From Eledone cirrhosa (taxonomy: Eukaryota), in contig OZ024747.1 in the NCBI GenBank assembly GCA_964016885.1, positions 26,660,001-26,724,000 on the forward strand: a stretch of DNA of 64,000 nt, read 5' to 3'. Both the position numbers and the translations under genes were made by a program. Positions 26,186 through 38,237 of this stretch are shown piece after piece; position 1 is the first letter of the stretch, and each line of letters begins with the position of its first letter. The notes beneath the pieces are model-generated. The model was not told the DNA's origin. It did no database searches and was given only the letters and a program-made list of their open reading frames with translations.

Positions 26186-26401
26186 ATACTTGGGGAGGGT
26201 CATATTTGTGTAATATTGCCAGAATCAATAACAGAACACACTCACTGTTTGGTTGGTTTTCGCTTCTGGGTCTTTTATATCGGTAATCTAATTTATTCAT
26301 TTATTCGGTCCTCAATGTTGCCATTGACTGACCAACGGTAAAAAATAATACAGATACAATATAGACACAAACACATATATATAGTTTATTATATATATAT
26401 A

Positions 26402-26498
26402 CAGGGTGTCCCCAAAATGTATACGCACTTCAACAGCATTCTTATAAATATTGCCTGTACAGGTAATCAAAGTGTGTATATATTTTTGGGGGGACACC

Positions 26499-26501
<3 letters not shown>
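26402..26501. mobile_element. 100-bp MITE, Tc1/mariner superfamily
   Basis: TIR CAGGGTGTCCCC.AAAA / TTTTGGGGGGACACCCTG, TA flanks. Confidence 0.85.
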
Positions 26502-26536
<35 letters not shown>

Positions 26537-26616
26537 TATATTATATTTTGAGAATAAACTCTCAGTCGTTTACAATAATCCAGCTCCAAGAAAAGGGGCA
26601 TTTCCGAGCAGTTAAA

Positions 26617-27130
26617 TACATTAAAATATATGATAAACACAAAACGTGTTTGCATTGCAACAGACAAAGTTAGCTATTAATGAAATAAACTAATTAAAGT
26701 GAATACAATTTGTCTGTCTCGATATAAGTCAATAAAGACGGCTAATTTGGCCTGGCTGCACACGTGTAGTCAGACCTGCTAAATTTTTGATGTGAAATAT
26801 ACTAATTTTACTGGGTTCCTGTTGATAAACACAGAAGATTTGGATATTTCACTTTTTATTTCAATTCCATTTCGATTCTCTTTATTTTTCAATTCACGTA
26901 CCACTGTTGCGAAACGTATTTGGGTTTCGAGGTTCAAATTCATCTACGGAGCAGGTTTGGATTTTGAAATTTAAATATGTCCAGGAACCATGGCCATTGC
27001 CAATATAAGCTTGTCTTTATTGACTTATATCGAGACAGATAAATTGTATTCACTTTAATTAGTTTATTTCATTAATAGCTAACTTTGTCTGTTGCAATGC
27101 AAACACGTTTTGTGTTTATCATATATTTTA

Positions 27131-27135
<5 letters not shown>
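26617..27135. repeat. fold-back element, about 123-bp near-perfect arms
   Basis: 26617-26739 versus 27013-27135. Confidence 0.9.
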
Positions 27136-27176
<41 letters not shown>

Positions 27177-27450
27177 ATATATTTGACGGCTAAGAGAAAG
27201 GAGTACTCAATGCCGAAGTAAAGTTTTATTATTCATTATTATTAAGGCTAAAAAGTGAGTTGTTACTTGCCTATTTATCACAAGGTCACCAGACAAGAAC
27301 AAGATCCCGTTAAGGGTGAAAGCAGCGATTCTTTGTTTAAACTTTAATCTGTTATTTTAATAAATATTTGCTCTACGGTTCTTATATATTTGATATATAT
27401 TTATCCTTATCGAGCCCTCTTTGGATTTTAGTCTTCAAATTTATTATTAT

Positions 27451-27499
<49 letters not shown>

Positions 27500-28282
27500 C
27501 TTTTCAGGTGAGTTGATGGAGCAACGGCCTGAAATGAAGTGTCTTGCTCATAGCTTAAACACGCCTTTATGTCCAAAATCGAACCCCTAATCTTATGATC
27601 ACGAGTCTAAAGTTAACCTAGATGAATTGTTTTCAATCATGTCCTCTATTTAACATCTACAACTTGTAGTAACATTATCCATTTCCAAACTTTATAGCAC
27701 TGATATTTCCGAGAGTTAACATACCATTTGCAACAATCAACATTCACTTGAAAATAAACAGATCTATCAGGAAAACTGTCGCTGGTTCTAGCGCCGAAAT
27801 CTTTTATGATATGATCGATTTTCTACTCAGAAAAAAAAAATTATCATTCATGCCCATGTTGCAGCAATTTCAAGAGAAGGATTCATAATTCATAGGCAAG
27901 AAACAAGCCAGATACACTGCTATGATAGATTCTGCTACGCTTTGGCCATTATTCGCCATTTTATGTTCTCCTACTGTTATTGTTCGAATTGGTTAGCTTC
28001 AAGGAATATGTCATTCTGTCATTCTGTCATTCTATACAGCTACGCTTGATATTCTGCGATTTTGCAATTCTGCAATTCTTGCACATTTCGCGAGCGCAAA
28101 TATTCCTGTAATCGTTCTAAATTGTTTCATTGTATCGAATAAGCTTAACTCTATAAAGACACATTCACATCAGCCCACAGCAGGCATGTTCAAACACACA
28201 CACACAGATATATATATATACTTATATATACTTATATATATATACTTATATATAGAAATATATATACATCTATATATATATA

Positions 28283-28321
<39 letters not shown>

Positions 28322-28423
28322 TTATATATATATACACATATATATATATACATATATATATATATATTTGCATATATACATATATATATATACACATATA
28401 TATATACATATATATATATATAC

Positions 28424-28468
<45 letters not shown>

Positions 28469-28515
28469 CATATATAATATATAAGAACAAAAGATGGTTA
28501 AAAGAGTTCCATGTA

Positions 28516-28582
28516 TTTTATTATGCGCATTTCAAAAACAAATATCATCATGCAATAATATTTGTGTTTTCATCAGATAAAA
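28516..28582 (-). ncRNA. type I hammerhead ribozyme (family C)
   Basis: TTTTAT-CTGATGA-AAACACAAATATTATT-GCAT-GATGATATTTGTTTTT-GAAAT-GCGC-ATA-ATAAAA; palindromic stem III ATGCGCAT. Confidence 0.88.
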
Positions 28583-28944
28583 CAGGAAGACATGATATGA
28601 AGGTTAAAAAACACTTGTGGATAGTGCAGTTTTAAATCAACATATGAAAAGTAGTTTTAGATTGATGTGTGATATTGGGAAAAAAAATAAAAAATTATTT
28701 TGAGGGGGGGGGGATGAAAAAGAGGAGGAGATGAGAGTAAAAAGTGGAGAGGGAGGAGTATAATGAGGAAGGATGAGATAGGCGGAGAGATGGCTGATAG
28801 AGAGAGAGAGATAGCTTTTATAACTGAGAAAGATATATTGTTTTACATAGAGAGGTTGAAAACCGTTGGAAGATAATGTATAAATTAAAAGAATTTGAAA
28901 ATTAACGAAGAGAAAAATAATGTAAAGTTAAGGTTTGTATATTG

Positions 28945-29110
28945 AAGGGTTTAATAATATGTGCGATGAAAAGAAAATGTTAATATGTATTAAGAATAAT
29001 ATTTAAGGGTTTAATAATATGTGCGATGGAAAGAAAAAGTTAATATGTATTAAGAATAATATTTAAGGGTTTAATAATATGTGCGATGGAAAGAAAATGT
29101 TGATATGTAT
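28945..29110. repeat. 60-bp tandem repeat, about 2.7 copies, in PLE 3' UTR
   Basis: AAGGGTTTAATAATATGTGCGATG recurs at 60-bp spacing. Confidence 0.9.
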
Positions 29111-29553
29111 TATTAAAAAGAACAACAGGTAATTTAAGTAAGGATATATTGTGGGATGAGCATGAATGAGTTAGATGAAAGGGAGAAAAGAATAATGAAT
29201 TGAGGATGAATAATCTAACGTCAAAAAAATGTTTATGTTTACGAAGGATTTTTACAAGGTGATATAGAGTAAGAATGTATTGTATTATGTAATAATTGAT
29301 TCTATGTTAGGCAACAGTGAGAAAAGGTACAGATTAGGGGTTAGACATTAAAAGAAAAAGAGAAGAAAGGGAAGTGATAAATAGGAGCGATATAGAATGA
29401 GTAACAAGTATTATAGAATGAGTAACAAGTATTATATAATGTATAATAAAAACTTTGAAATAAGGTAGAAAGATGGGTATATTTTTAAAGAAGTGTATAT
29501 ATATATATATGTGCCTTTGAGAAAAAGATTCTAAATTGATAAGGTTTTGGATA

Positions 29554-30417
29554 TTAGCTGTATACTTTGTGGAATGTTTTGTGGAATTTATGCAAGCAGA
29601 TAGAAAACAAGTCAGTGCGTCTATTTATTATAGAATCTAAATTAGATATAATGGTAAATTTTTCATTTATACAGAGATTGCAAATCTTGGATAGAGAACT
29701 GTTCAAGTATGGAGAAGCAGAACAAACCTTCTTCCAAAAGATGCTATATTTAATATTTTTGTCTTTCAAGGACCATATGAGTTCTGAGAGAGCCGTGTTG
29801 GTTCTTTTAAGTTTGTATTTAAAAGACGAATGATGGTTATAAAGACGAGCTTTAAAGGAGGTGGAAGTGGAGCCAAAATAGGTGAAGGAATTGGTGTCAG
29901 TCATAACTTTACATTCGTAAATTAAGTTTTTATCAAGACAATGGTTGTTGAGAGGACATTTATTTTTGACAGGGCAATTGCAATTGCGATTAGAGAGATT
30001 ATTAATGAGTGACCTAGTGTTATCTATAGAAGGAATTGGATTGGAGAAGTTATTTGCGATAGGAATAATAGTTTCTTGATTTAGAATGGGATTAAGAACA
30101 TTTAGCGAAGTTGTGTTTGACGTTGTATTTGGGTTTGCAGAAATTAGCCTAGGATTTACAATGACGTCGGGAGTACTATTACTATTATTATGATATTCAG
30201 TGTTGGAAGGAAGAGATTTAGTATTTAGTATTTTATTGTTGTGTTTAGAGATAATGTTGGAAATGTTGGAGGATGTAGAATAAGAAAATTTTATAGTGTG
30301 TTTGTTAAATATTTTACTATAGATATGTGAGGGAGGTAAGCATTTATTTAAGGCACTAAAGAATAATTTAGGAATATTATTATTAATAGAGATGGAGAAA
30401 GGAGCATTAAAATACAT
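29554..30417 (-). pseudogene. PLE linker plus GIY-YIG endonuclease, open but N-terminally truncated
   Basis: FNAPFS..KIFNKHTIKFSYS..HNNKIL, CNCPVKNKCPLNNHC, LIYEC..TYFGST..FKARLYNHHSSF, CNLCINEK, INRRTDL..CLH; the Met comes from the inverted tail, not a native start. Confidence 0.88.
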
Positions 30418-30544
30418 GGAACTCTTTTAACCATCTTTTGTTCTTATATATTATATATTATATATACTCCAGTCCTACAAACTGTAGAGTGCTTCTTATC
30501 CGATATCTGCACTGCTTTATTGTACTACAATAAAACTCACCTCC

Positions 30545-30608
<64 letters not shown>

Positions 30609-30936
30609 GGTTAGTTGGTTCACCACTGGATACAACTGGTCATTCCGTATGGTCAACCTCGATGTAATATTATGGAGAGCACTCAACGTAATGCAACTCA
30701 CCCATCTTCCTTTGTGTAGTTGGTGGTGCGAGTACGGAGTTAATTATTATAAAATAACAGGAGGCTGGACTGGTGTAAATCCTTGAAAGGTTTATTATAC
30801 TATGATCATTTCAATGACCGAGTTCAGTATTAGGGCGGCCGACTAAGGGAGAAGCTGCTAAATAGTCGGTCGTCCTCTTGTCTCTGATTTTCAGCCCCAT
30901 GGATTTTATCTGTTATATTCCTTTGTTATATTTTGA

Positions 30937-30994
30937 ATACCTGATGATATCACCGGATTCATACTGAACCCGGTCATTGAAATGATCATAGTAT
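30937..30994 (+). ncRNA. type I hammerhead ribozyme within fold-back element (arms 30745-30830, 30961-31046)
   Basis: ATAC-CTGATGA-T-ATCACCGGATTCA-TAC-TGAACCCGGTCAT-T-GAAAT-GATC-ATA-GTAT; palindromic stem III ATGATCAT. Confidence 0.85.
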
Positions 30995-31076
30995 AATAAA
31001 CCTTTCAAGGATTTACACCAGTCTAGCCTCCTGTTATTTTATAATACATATATATATAATACATATATATATATGT

Positions 31077-31290
31077 GTGAAGGCGTGTGATAAAGTGGTT
31101 AGAGAATTGGATTCACAATCTTGAGGTTGTGAGTTCGATTCCTGGACAGGGCGATGCGTTATGTCCTTGAGAAAGACGCTTTATTTCACGTTGGTCCTTC
31201 TACCTGTAGTTGCGACCGATAGATAGTATTAGCAACTGGAAAGACCGACGGAAACATTGTTTCCTCGGTCAGATTTGACGAAAGTCGATC
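31077..31290 (+). mobile_element. tRNA-derived SINE (second family)
   Basis: AGTGGTTAGAG, GAGTTCGATTCC, TGTCCTTGAGAAAGACGCTTTATTTCAC. Confidence 0.75.
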
Positions 31291-31449
31291 GATATATATA
31301 TATATATATTTACATATATATATATATATATCTACATATATATATATATACATATATATATATACATATATATATATACATATATATATATATACATATA
31401 TATATATACATATATATATATACATATATATATACATATATATATATAC

Positions 31450-31581
<132 letters not shown>

Positions 31582-31698
31582 TAATAAGAGGAATTCCAAC
31601 TTTGTCTGATTTACTCGTTTTATTTACAATCCTTTAAAATATATATAATGGTATTATAATGAAATAGTATGATAGAATATTAAATTCTAAGTGTTAAT

Positions 31699-31737
31699 TG
31701 AACAAGTACTTTCATGCTTTCGCAATCTTCAGGTTCA
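31699..31737 (-). ncRNA. minimal type I hammerhead (mirror copy)
   Basis: Reverse complement of 31823-31861. Confidence 0.8.
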
Positions 31738-31822
31738 TGATATGTGGTGACAGTCGAGTTTGCAATTTTCAACTGTGAAATTTGCAGTTGAAAATTGCAA
31801 ACTCGACTGTCACCACATATCA

Positions 31823-31861
31823 TGAACCTGAAGATTGCGAAAGCATGAAAGTACTTGTTCA
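31823..31861 (+). ncRNA. minimal type I hammerhead ribozyme
   Basis: TGAAC-CTGAAGA-T-TGC-GAAA-GCA-T-GAAA-GTAC-TT-GTTCA; palindromic stem III AGTACT, CUU triplet. Confidence 0.8.
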
Positions 31862-32037
31862 ATTAACACTTAGAATTTAATATTCTATCATACTATTTCA
31901 TTATAATACCATTATATATATTTTAAAGGATTGTAAATAAAACGAGTAAGTCAGATAAAGTTGGAATTCCTCTTATTAATATAATCTTCTATACACAATC
32001 ATACACACCCGTGTATATTTACTTATCTATATCTATA

Positions 32038-32069
<32 letters not shown>

Positions 32070-32157
32070 CATATATATATACATATATATATATACATAT
32101 ATATATATACATATATATATATACATATATATATACATATATATACATATATATATT

Positions 32158-32219
<62 letters not shown>

Positions 32220-32248
32220 CATATATATATATACATATATACATATAT

Positions 32249-32364
<116 letters not shown>

Positions 32365-32411
32365 ACTTTCATAAAATTGAAAGATTCTCAGCGCAAATGG
32401 TCAGCTGAATT

Positions 32412-34120
32412 ATGGTGGTGATGGTGTTGGTGGTGTTGGTGGTGGTGGTGGTGTTGGTGGTGGTGTTGGTGGTGGTGGTGGTGTTATTGTTGGTGATGGT
32501 GATGGTGTTGGTGGTGGTGGTGGTGGTGGTGGTGTTATTGTTGGTGATGGTGGTGGTGGTGAAAGTGTTGGTGTTATTGTTGGTGGTGGTGATGGTGTTG
32601 GTGTTATTGTTGGTGGTGGTGACGGTGATGGTATTGGTGGTGGTGGTGGTGGTGGTGAAAGTGTTGGTGTTATTGTTGGTGGTGGTGAAAGTGTTGGTGT
32701 TATTGTTGGTGGTGGTGACGGTGATGGTATTGGTGGTGATGGTGGTGGTGGTGAAAGTGTTGGTGTTATTGTTGGTGGTGGTGAAAGTGTTGGTGTTATT
32801 GTTGGTGGTGGTGACGGTGATGGTATTGGTGGTGGTGGTGGTGGTGGTGGTGTTGGTGGTGGTGAAGGTGTTGGTGTTATTGTTGGTGGTGGTGATGGTG
32901 ATGGTGTTGGTGGTGGTGGTGGTGGTGGTGGTGGTGGTGGTGTTGGTGTTATTGTTGGTGGTGGTGATGGTGATGGTATTGGTGGTAGTGGTGGTGGTGG
33001 TGGTGAAGGTGTTGGTGTTATTGTTGGTGGTGGTGATGGTGATGGTGTTGGTGGTGGTGGTGGTGTTGGTGTTATTGTTGGTGATGGTGATGGTGTTGGT
33101 GGTGTTGGTGGTGGTGAAGGTGTTGGTGTTATTGTTGGTGGTGGTGACGGTGATGGTATTGGTGGTGTTGGTGGTGGTGAAGGTGTTGGTGTTATTGTTG
33201 GTGGTGGTGATGGTGTTGGTGGTGGTGGTAGTGGTGGTGGTGGTGATGAAGGTGTTGGTGTTATTGTTGGTGGTGGTGATGGTGATGGTGTTGGTGGTGG
33301 TGTTGGTGGTGGTGATGGTGATGGTGTTGGTGGTAGTGGTGGTGGTGGTGGTGGTGAAGGTGTTGGTGTTATTGTTGGTGGTGGTGACGGTGATGGTATT
33401 GGTGGTGTTGGTGGTGGTGAAGGTGTTGGTGTTATTGTTGGTGGTGGTGATGGTGTTGGTGGTAGTGGTGGTGGTGGTGGTGGTGAAGGTGTTGGTGTTA
33501 TTGTTGGTGGTGGTGATGGTGATGGTGTTGGTGTTATTGTTGGTGGTGGTGATGGTGATGGTGTTGGTGGTAGTGGTGGTGGTGGTGGTGGTGAAGGTGT
33601 TGGTGTTATTGTTGGTGGTGGTGGTGGTGAAGGTGTTGGTGTTATTGTTGGTGGTGGTGATGGTGATGGTGTTGGTGGTGGTGGTGGTGTTGGTGGTGGT
33701 GAAGGTGTTGGTGTTATTGTTGGTGGTGGTGATGGTGATGGTGTTGGTGGTGGTGTTGGTGGTGGTGAAGGTGTTGGTGTTATTGTTGGTGGTGGTGATG
33801 GTGATGGTGTTGGTGGTGGTGGTGGTGTTGGTGGTGGTGAAGGTGTTGGTGTTATTGTTGGTGATGGTGTTGGTGGTGGTGGTGGTGGTGGTGTTGGTGG
33901 TGGTGAAGGTGTTGGTGTTATTGTTGGTGGTGGTGATGGTGTCGGTGGTGGTGGTGGTGGTGGTGGTGAAGGTGTTGGTGTTATTGTTGGTGTTATTGTT
34001 GGTGTTATTGTTGGTGATGGTGATGGTGATGGTGGTGTTGGTGGTGGTGAAGGCGTTGGTGTTATTGTTGGTGGTGGTGACGGTGTTGGTGGTGGTGGTG
34101 GTGGTGGTGTTGGTGGTCGT
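32412..34120. repeat. 1.7-kb (GGT)n-based higher-order triplet satellite
   Basis: Recurring GAAGGTGTTGGTGTTATTGTTGGT motif among GGT/GAT triplets. Confidence 0.95.
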
Positions 34121-34478
34121 CGTCGTCTTCATGATGGGGATAGTGATAATGAAGATGATGATGATGATGATAATGATGGTGATGATGATGAGAAGGAGGA
34201 GTGTAATAATATAAGATGGTCATACCGAGGATGAGGTGACATTTAAGGTGGCGCTAATGTCGTTAACAACACAAAAATGGTGACAACGATAACGATGATG
34301 AAATATAGGTGGTGGTCGTGGTGGTGGTGTGGGTAAGGTGTGGCATTGGGTGTGGTAGTGGGGACAATGGTAGTGGTGGTGGTGTGGGTAAGGTGGGGTA
34401 TTGGGTGTGGTAGTGGGGACAATGGTAGTGCTGGTGAAATAACTAATATTCAGGGTTTTTTCACTAATTGTTTATGGG

Positions 34479-34510
<32 letters not shown>

Positions 34511-35059
34511 TAGATACGCACACACACACATAGACACACATACACACACACATACACATACACACAGACACACACTTCGTTTTTGTATTTGTTTTGTATT
34601 TGATTTATTATCTGAAAACGTGTGTTGAAACAGATATTGTTGTACTTTGGGAGAGTCATGTTGTCAATCAAAAGACACGCACCAGTTTTTTTCACTTCAA
34701 TTTATTATAAACTTCCATCTAGTTGGCTAGTTTAATAACCGGATGGTTGTTTATTTACGGTAAATAAGAAGGCATTTAATAGATACTAGTTCGTCACCCA
34801 TCCCTACACTGCCGGGAAAATACACACACAAACAACCAAAGCAATAACTATAAGTATTTTATATATATATATCCAGGGAGTATAACGCGGAGTTACTGTA
34901 GGTTCACCCGGGTGAGCACTCGATGTTTAGGTTCACGTCAGTATCGAGGTGTTGAGCTAGGTGTAGAGCAGTAGCGATACAGTTCGAACCTTGAGCTGAT
35001 CAATAGCGAAACGCGCGTCGCCTACAATAAACGTAATGAAAGAGTAACCATTCGTCCTT

Positions 35060-35220
<161 letters not shown>

Positions 35221-35299
35221 AGTGTAACGATAGACAGACGGATAAACACCTCTTCTTTTATAATATAGATTGTGACGCGATTGTTACAAATAGCGGATT

Positions 35300-35630
35300 T
35301 ACTAACTAATTTTTTACTAGATTAGGCAGAATCAGTATAATAAAACAATGCAGGTATATGACTTCTCCGCCCTATACACTAATTTGGAACTGGATTTGGT
35401 TAAGGAACCGGGTAGGTAGAATAATAAACCTGTTTTCGGGAAATAAGTTTAAGTATGTTTCTGTTAGGAGCAACATGGTTTCATGTATATAATACGGTAC
35501 AACGGATTAATACGGTACAACGGATACATTAACTGGAAAGAGGATAAACTAGAACGAGCTGTCCGGTTTATAGTAAATAATTCTTACGTTGCATTTGCAG
35601 ATGGTCATTTTAGTAGTGGTTAGACAAATT
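35300..35630 (+). pseudogene. decayed Penelope-type RT fragment
   Basis: KTMQVYDFSALYTNLELDLVKE and KLERAVRFIVNNSYVAFADG resemble PLE RT motif YDFSxLYT and the following region. Confidence 0.6.
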
Positions 35631-35765
35631 TACAAACATCACATTAAACATCACATTGCTTATGACGCATGCTTATGTAAATATCGATCCACATACATAA
35701 ACCCTCACACACATGCATACTATATATTTGTGTGTGTGTGTATGTATGTGTGTGTATATATATAT

Positions 35766-35810
<45 letters not shown>

Positions 35811-35814
<4 letters not shown>

Positions 35815-37360
35815 TATAGACATAGAATATTCGAAAATATTCTGTATGTTTATAATAAACATTTTGAAGACCTAATCGCTATAGAATAGAATACGTCACG
35901 TATTACAATTAGATTCTCGATAAAAGCAAGGGAAGTAATCTACGCGTTTCATTCTCGTAAGAAATCATCAGGACTACATATCCAGTGCTTTTATCGAGAA
36001 TGACACAGCTAGAGACTTATAGAATACTTAGCTGTGTACAGGAACTGGTTTGAAAGAGCGGTTGCCGGTCCGGCAGAAATTAGAAATTGGAATAAATGCT
36101 CTGAAATAGCGATATATATGTGAATATAGACATAGAATATTCGAAAATATTCTGTATGTTTATAATAAACATTTTGAAGACCTAATCGCTATAGAATAGA
36201 ATACGTCACGTATTACAATTAGATTCTCGATAAAAGCAAGGGAAGTAATCTACGCGTTTCATTCTCGTAAGAAATCATCAGGACTACATATCCAGTGCTT
36301 TTATCGAGAATGACACAGCTAGAGACTTATAGAATACTTAGCTGTGTACAGGAACTGGTTTGAAAGAGCGGTTGCCGGTCCGGCAGAAATTAGAAATTGG
36401 AATAAATGCTCTGAAATAGCGATATATATGTGAATATAGACATAGAATATTCGAAAATATTCTGTATGTTTATAATAAACATTTTGAAGACCTAATCGCT
36501 ATAGAATAGAATACGTCACGTATTACAATTAGATTCTCGATAAAAGCAAGGGAAGTAATCTACGCGTTTCATTCTCGTAAGAAATCATCAGGACTACATA
36601 TCCAGTGCTTTTATCGAGAATGACACAGCTAGAGACTTATAGAATACTTAGCTGTGTACAGGAACTGGTTTGAAAGAGCGGTTGCCGGTCCGGCAGAAAT
36701 TAGAAATTGGAATAAATGCTCTGAAATAGCGATATATATGTGAATATAGACATAGAATATTCGAAAATATTCTGTATGTTTATAATAAACATTTTGAAGA
36801 CCTAATCGCTATAGAATAGAATACGTCACGTATTACAATTAGATTCTCGATAAAAGCAAGGGAAGTAATCTACGCGTTTCATTCTCGTAAGAAATCATCA
36901 GGACTACATATCCAGTGCTTTTATCGAGAATGACACAGCTAGAGACTTATAGAATACTTAGCTGTGTACAGGAACTGGTTTGAAAGAGCGGTTGCCGGTC
37001 CGGCAGAAATTAGAAATTGGAATAAATGCTCTGAAATAGCGATATATATGTGAATATAGACATAGAATATTCGAAAATATTCTGTATGTTTATAATAAAC
37101 ATTTTGAAGACCTAATCGCTATAGAATAGAATACGTCACGTATTACAATTAGATTCTCGATAAAAGCAAGGGAAGTAATCTACGCGTTTCATTCTCGTAA
37201 GAAATCATCAGGACTACATATCCAGTGCTTTTATCGAGAATGACACAGCTAGAGACTTATAGAATACTTAGCTGTGTACAGGAACTGGTTTGAAAGAGCG
37301 GTTGCCGGTCCGGCAGAAATTAGAAATTGGAATAAATGCTCTGAAATAGCGATATATATA
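35811..37360 (-). mobile_element. retrozyme-like tandem array: five 310-bp units, one HHR each
   Basis: Units start 35811, 36121, 36431, 36741, 37051, apparently identical; minus-strand HHR at 35935-35977, 36245-36287, 36555-36597, 36865-36907, 37175-37217; no ORF. Confidence 0.92.
35935..35977 (-). ncRNA. type I hammerhead ribozyme of the 310-bp unit (first copy)
   Basis: GTAGTC-CTGATGA-T-TTCT-TACG-AGAA-T-GAAAC-GC-GTA-GATTAC; distal stem I extension ATTCTCGATAAAAGCA/TGCTTTTATCGAGAAT. Confidence 0.88.
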
Positions 37361-37398
37361 TAAATAGCGATATATATATAGTCCTGATGATATATATA

Positions 37399-38219
37399 TA
37401 GTCCTGATGATTTCTTACGAGAATGAAACGCGTAGATTACTTCCCTTGCTTTTATCGAGAATCTAATTGTAATACGTGACGTATTCTATTCTATAGCGAT
37501 TAGGTCTTCAAAATGTTTATTATAAACATACAGAATATTTTCGAATATTCTATGTCTATATTCACATATATATCGCTATTTCAGAGCATTTATTCCAATT
37601 TCTAATTTCTGCCGGACCGGCAACCGCTCTTTCAAACCAGTTCCTGTACACAGCTAAGTATTCTATAAGTCTCTAGCTGTGTCATTCTCGATAAAAGCAC
37701 TGGATATGTAGTCCTGATGATTTCTTACGAGAATGAAACGCGTAGATTACTTCCCTTGCTTTTATCGAGAATCTAATTGTAATACGTGACGTATTCTATT
37801 CTATAGCGATTAGGTCTTCAAAATGTTTATTATAAACATACAGAATATTTTCGAATATTCTATGTCTATATTCACATATATATCGCTATTTCAGAGCATT
37901 TATTCCAATTTCTAATTTCTGCCGGACCGGCAACCGCTCTTTCAAACCAGTTCCTGTACACAGCTAAGTATTCTATAAGTCTCTAGCTGTGTCATTCTCG
38001 ATAAAAGCACTGGATATGTAGTCCTGATGATTTCTTACGAGAATGAAACGCGTAGATTACTTCCCTTGCTTTTATCGAGAATCTAATTGTAATACGTGAC
38101 GTATTCTATTCTATAGCGATTAGGTCTTCAAAATGTTTATTATAAACATACAGAATATTTTCGAATATTCTATGTCTATATTCACATATATATCGCTATT
38201 TCAGAGCATTTATTCCAAT
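37399..38219 (+). mobile_element. inverted continuation of the 310-bp array, about 2.6 units, three HHR cores
   Basis: Reverse complement of the left array; HHR at 37399-37440, 37708-37750, 38018-38060. Confidence 0.92.
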
Positions 38220-38237
38220 ATATATATATATATATAT

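Larger units (their letters stand above)
28470..30455 (-). mobile_element. 5'-truncated Penelope-like element (Naiad-like) with inverted termini, inserted in (TA)n
   Basis: ORF 29554-30417, about 1-kb 3' UTR, HHR 28516-28582; 30408-30455 is the reverse complement of 28472-28520. Confidence 0.88.

Noticed and set aside
29554-30417. Selenoprotein recoding as reported for many Naiad PLEs
   Set aside because: No in-frame TGA in this ORF, and I could not identify a SECIS in the 3' UTR by eye
32369-34214. 587-aa Thr/Asn mucin-like and 600-aa Val ORFs
   Set aside because: Translation of a triplet satellite; no signal peptide or flanking exon evidence
35811-38219. Ordinary satellite, 5S rDNA or snRNA array
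   Set aside because: No 5S/tRNA/snRNA similarity recognised; each unit has a complete hammerhead fold and the array inverts at the ribozyme
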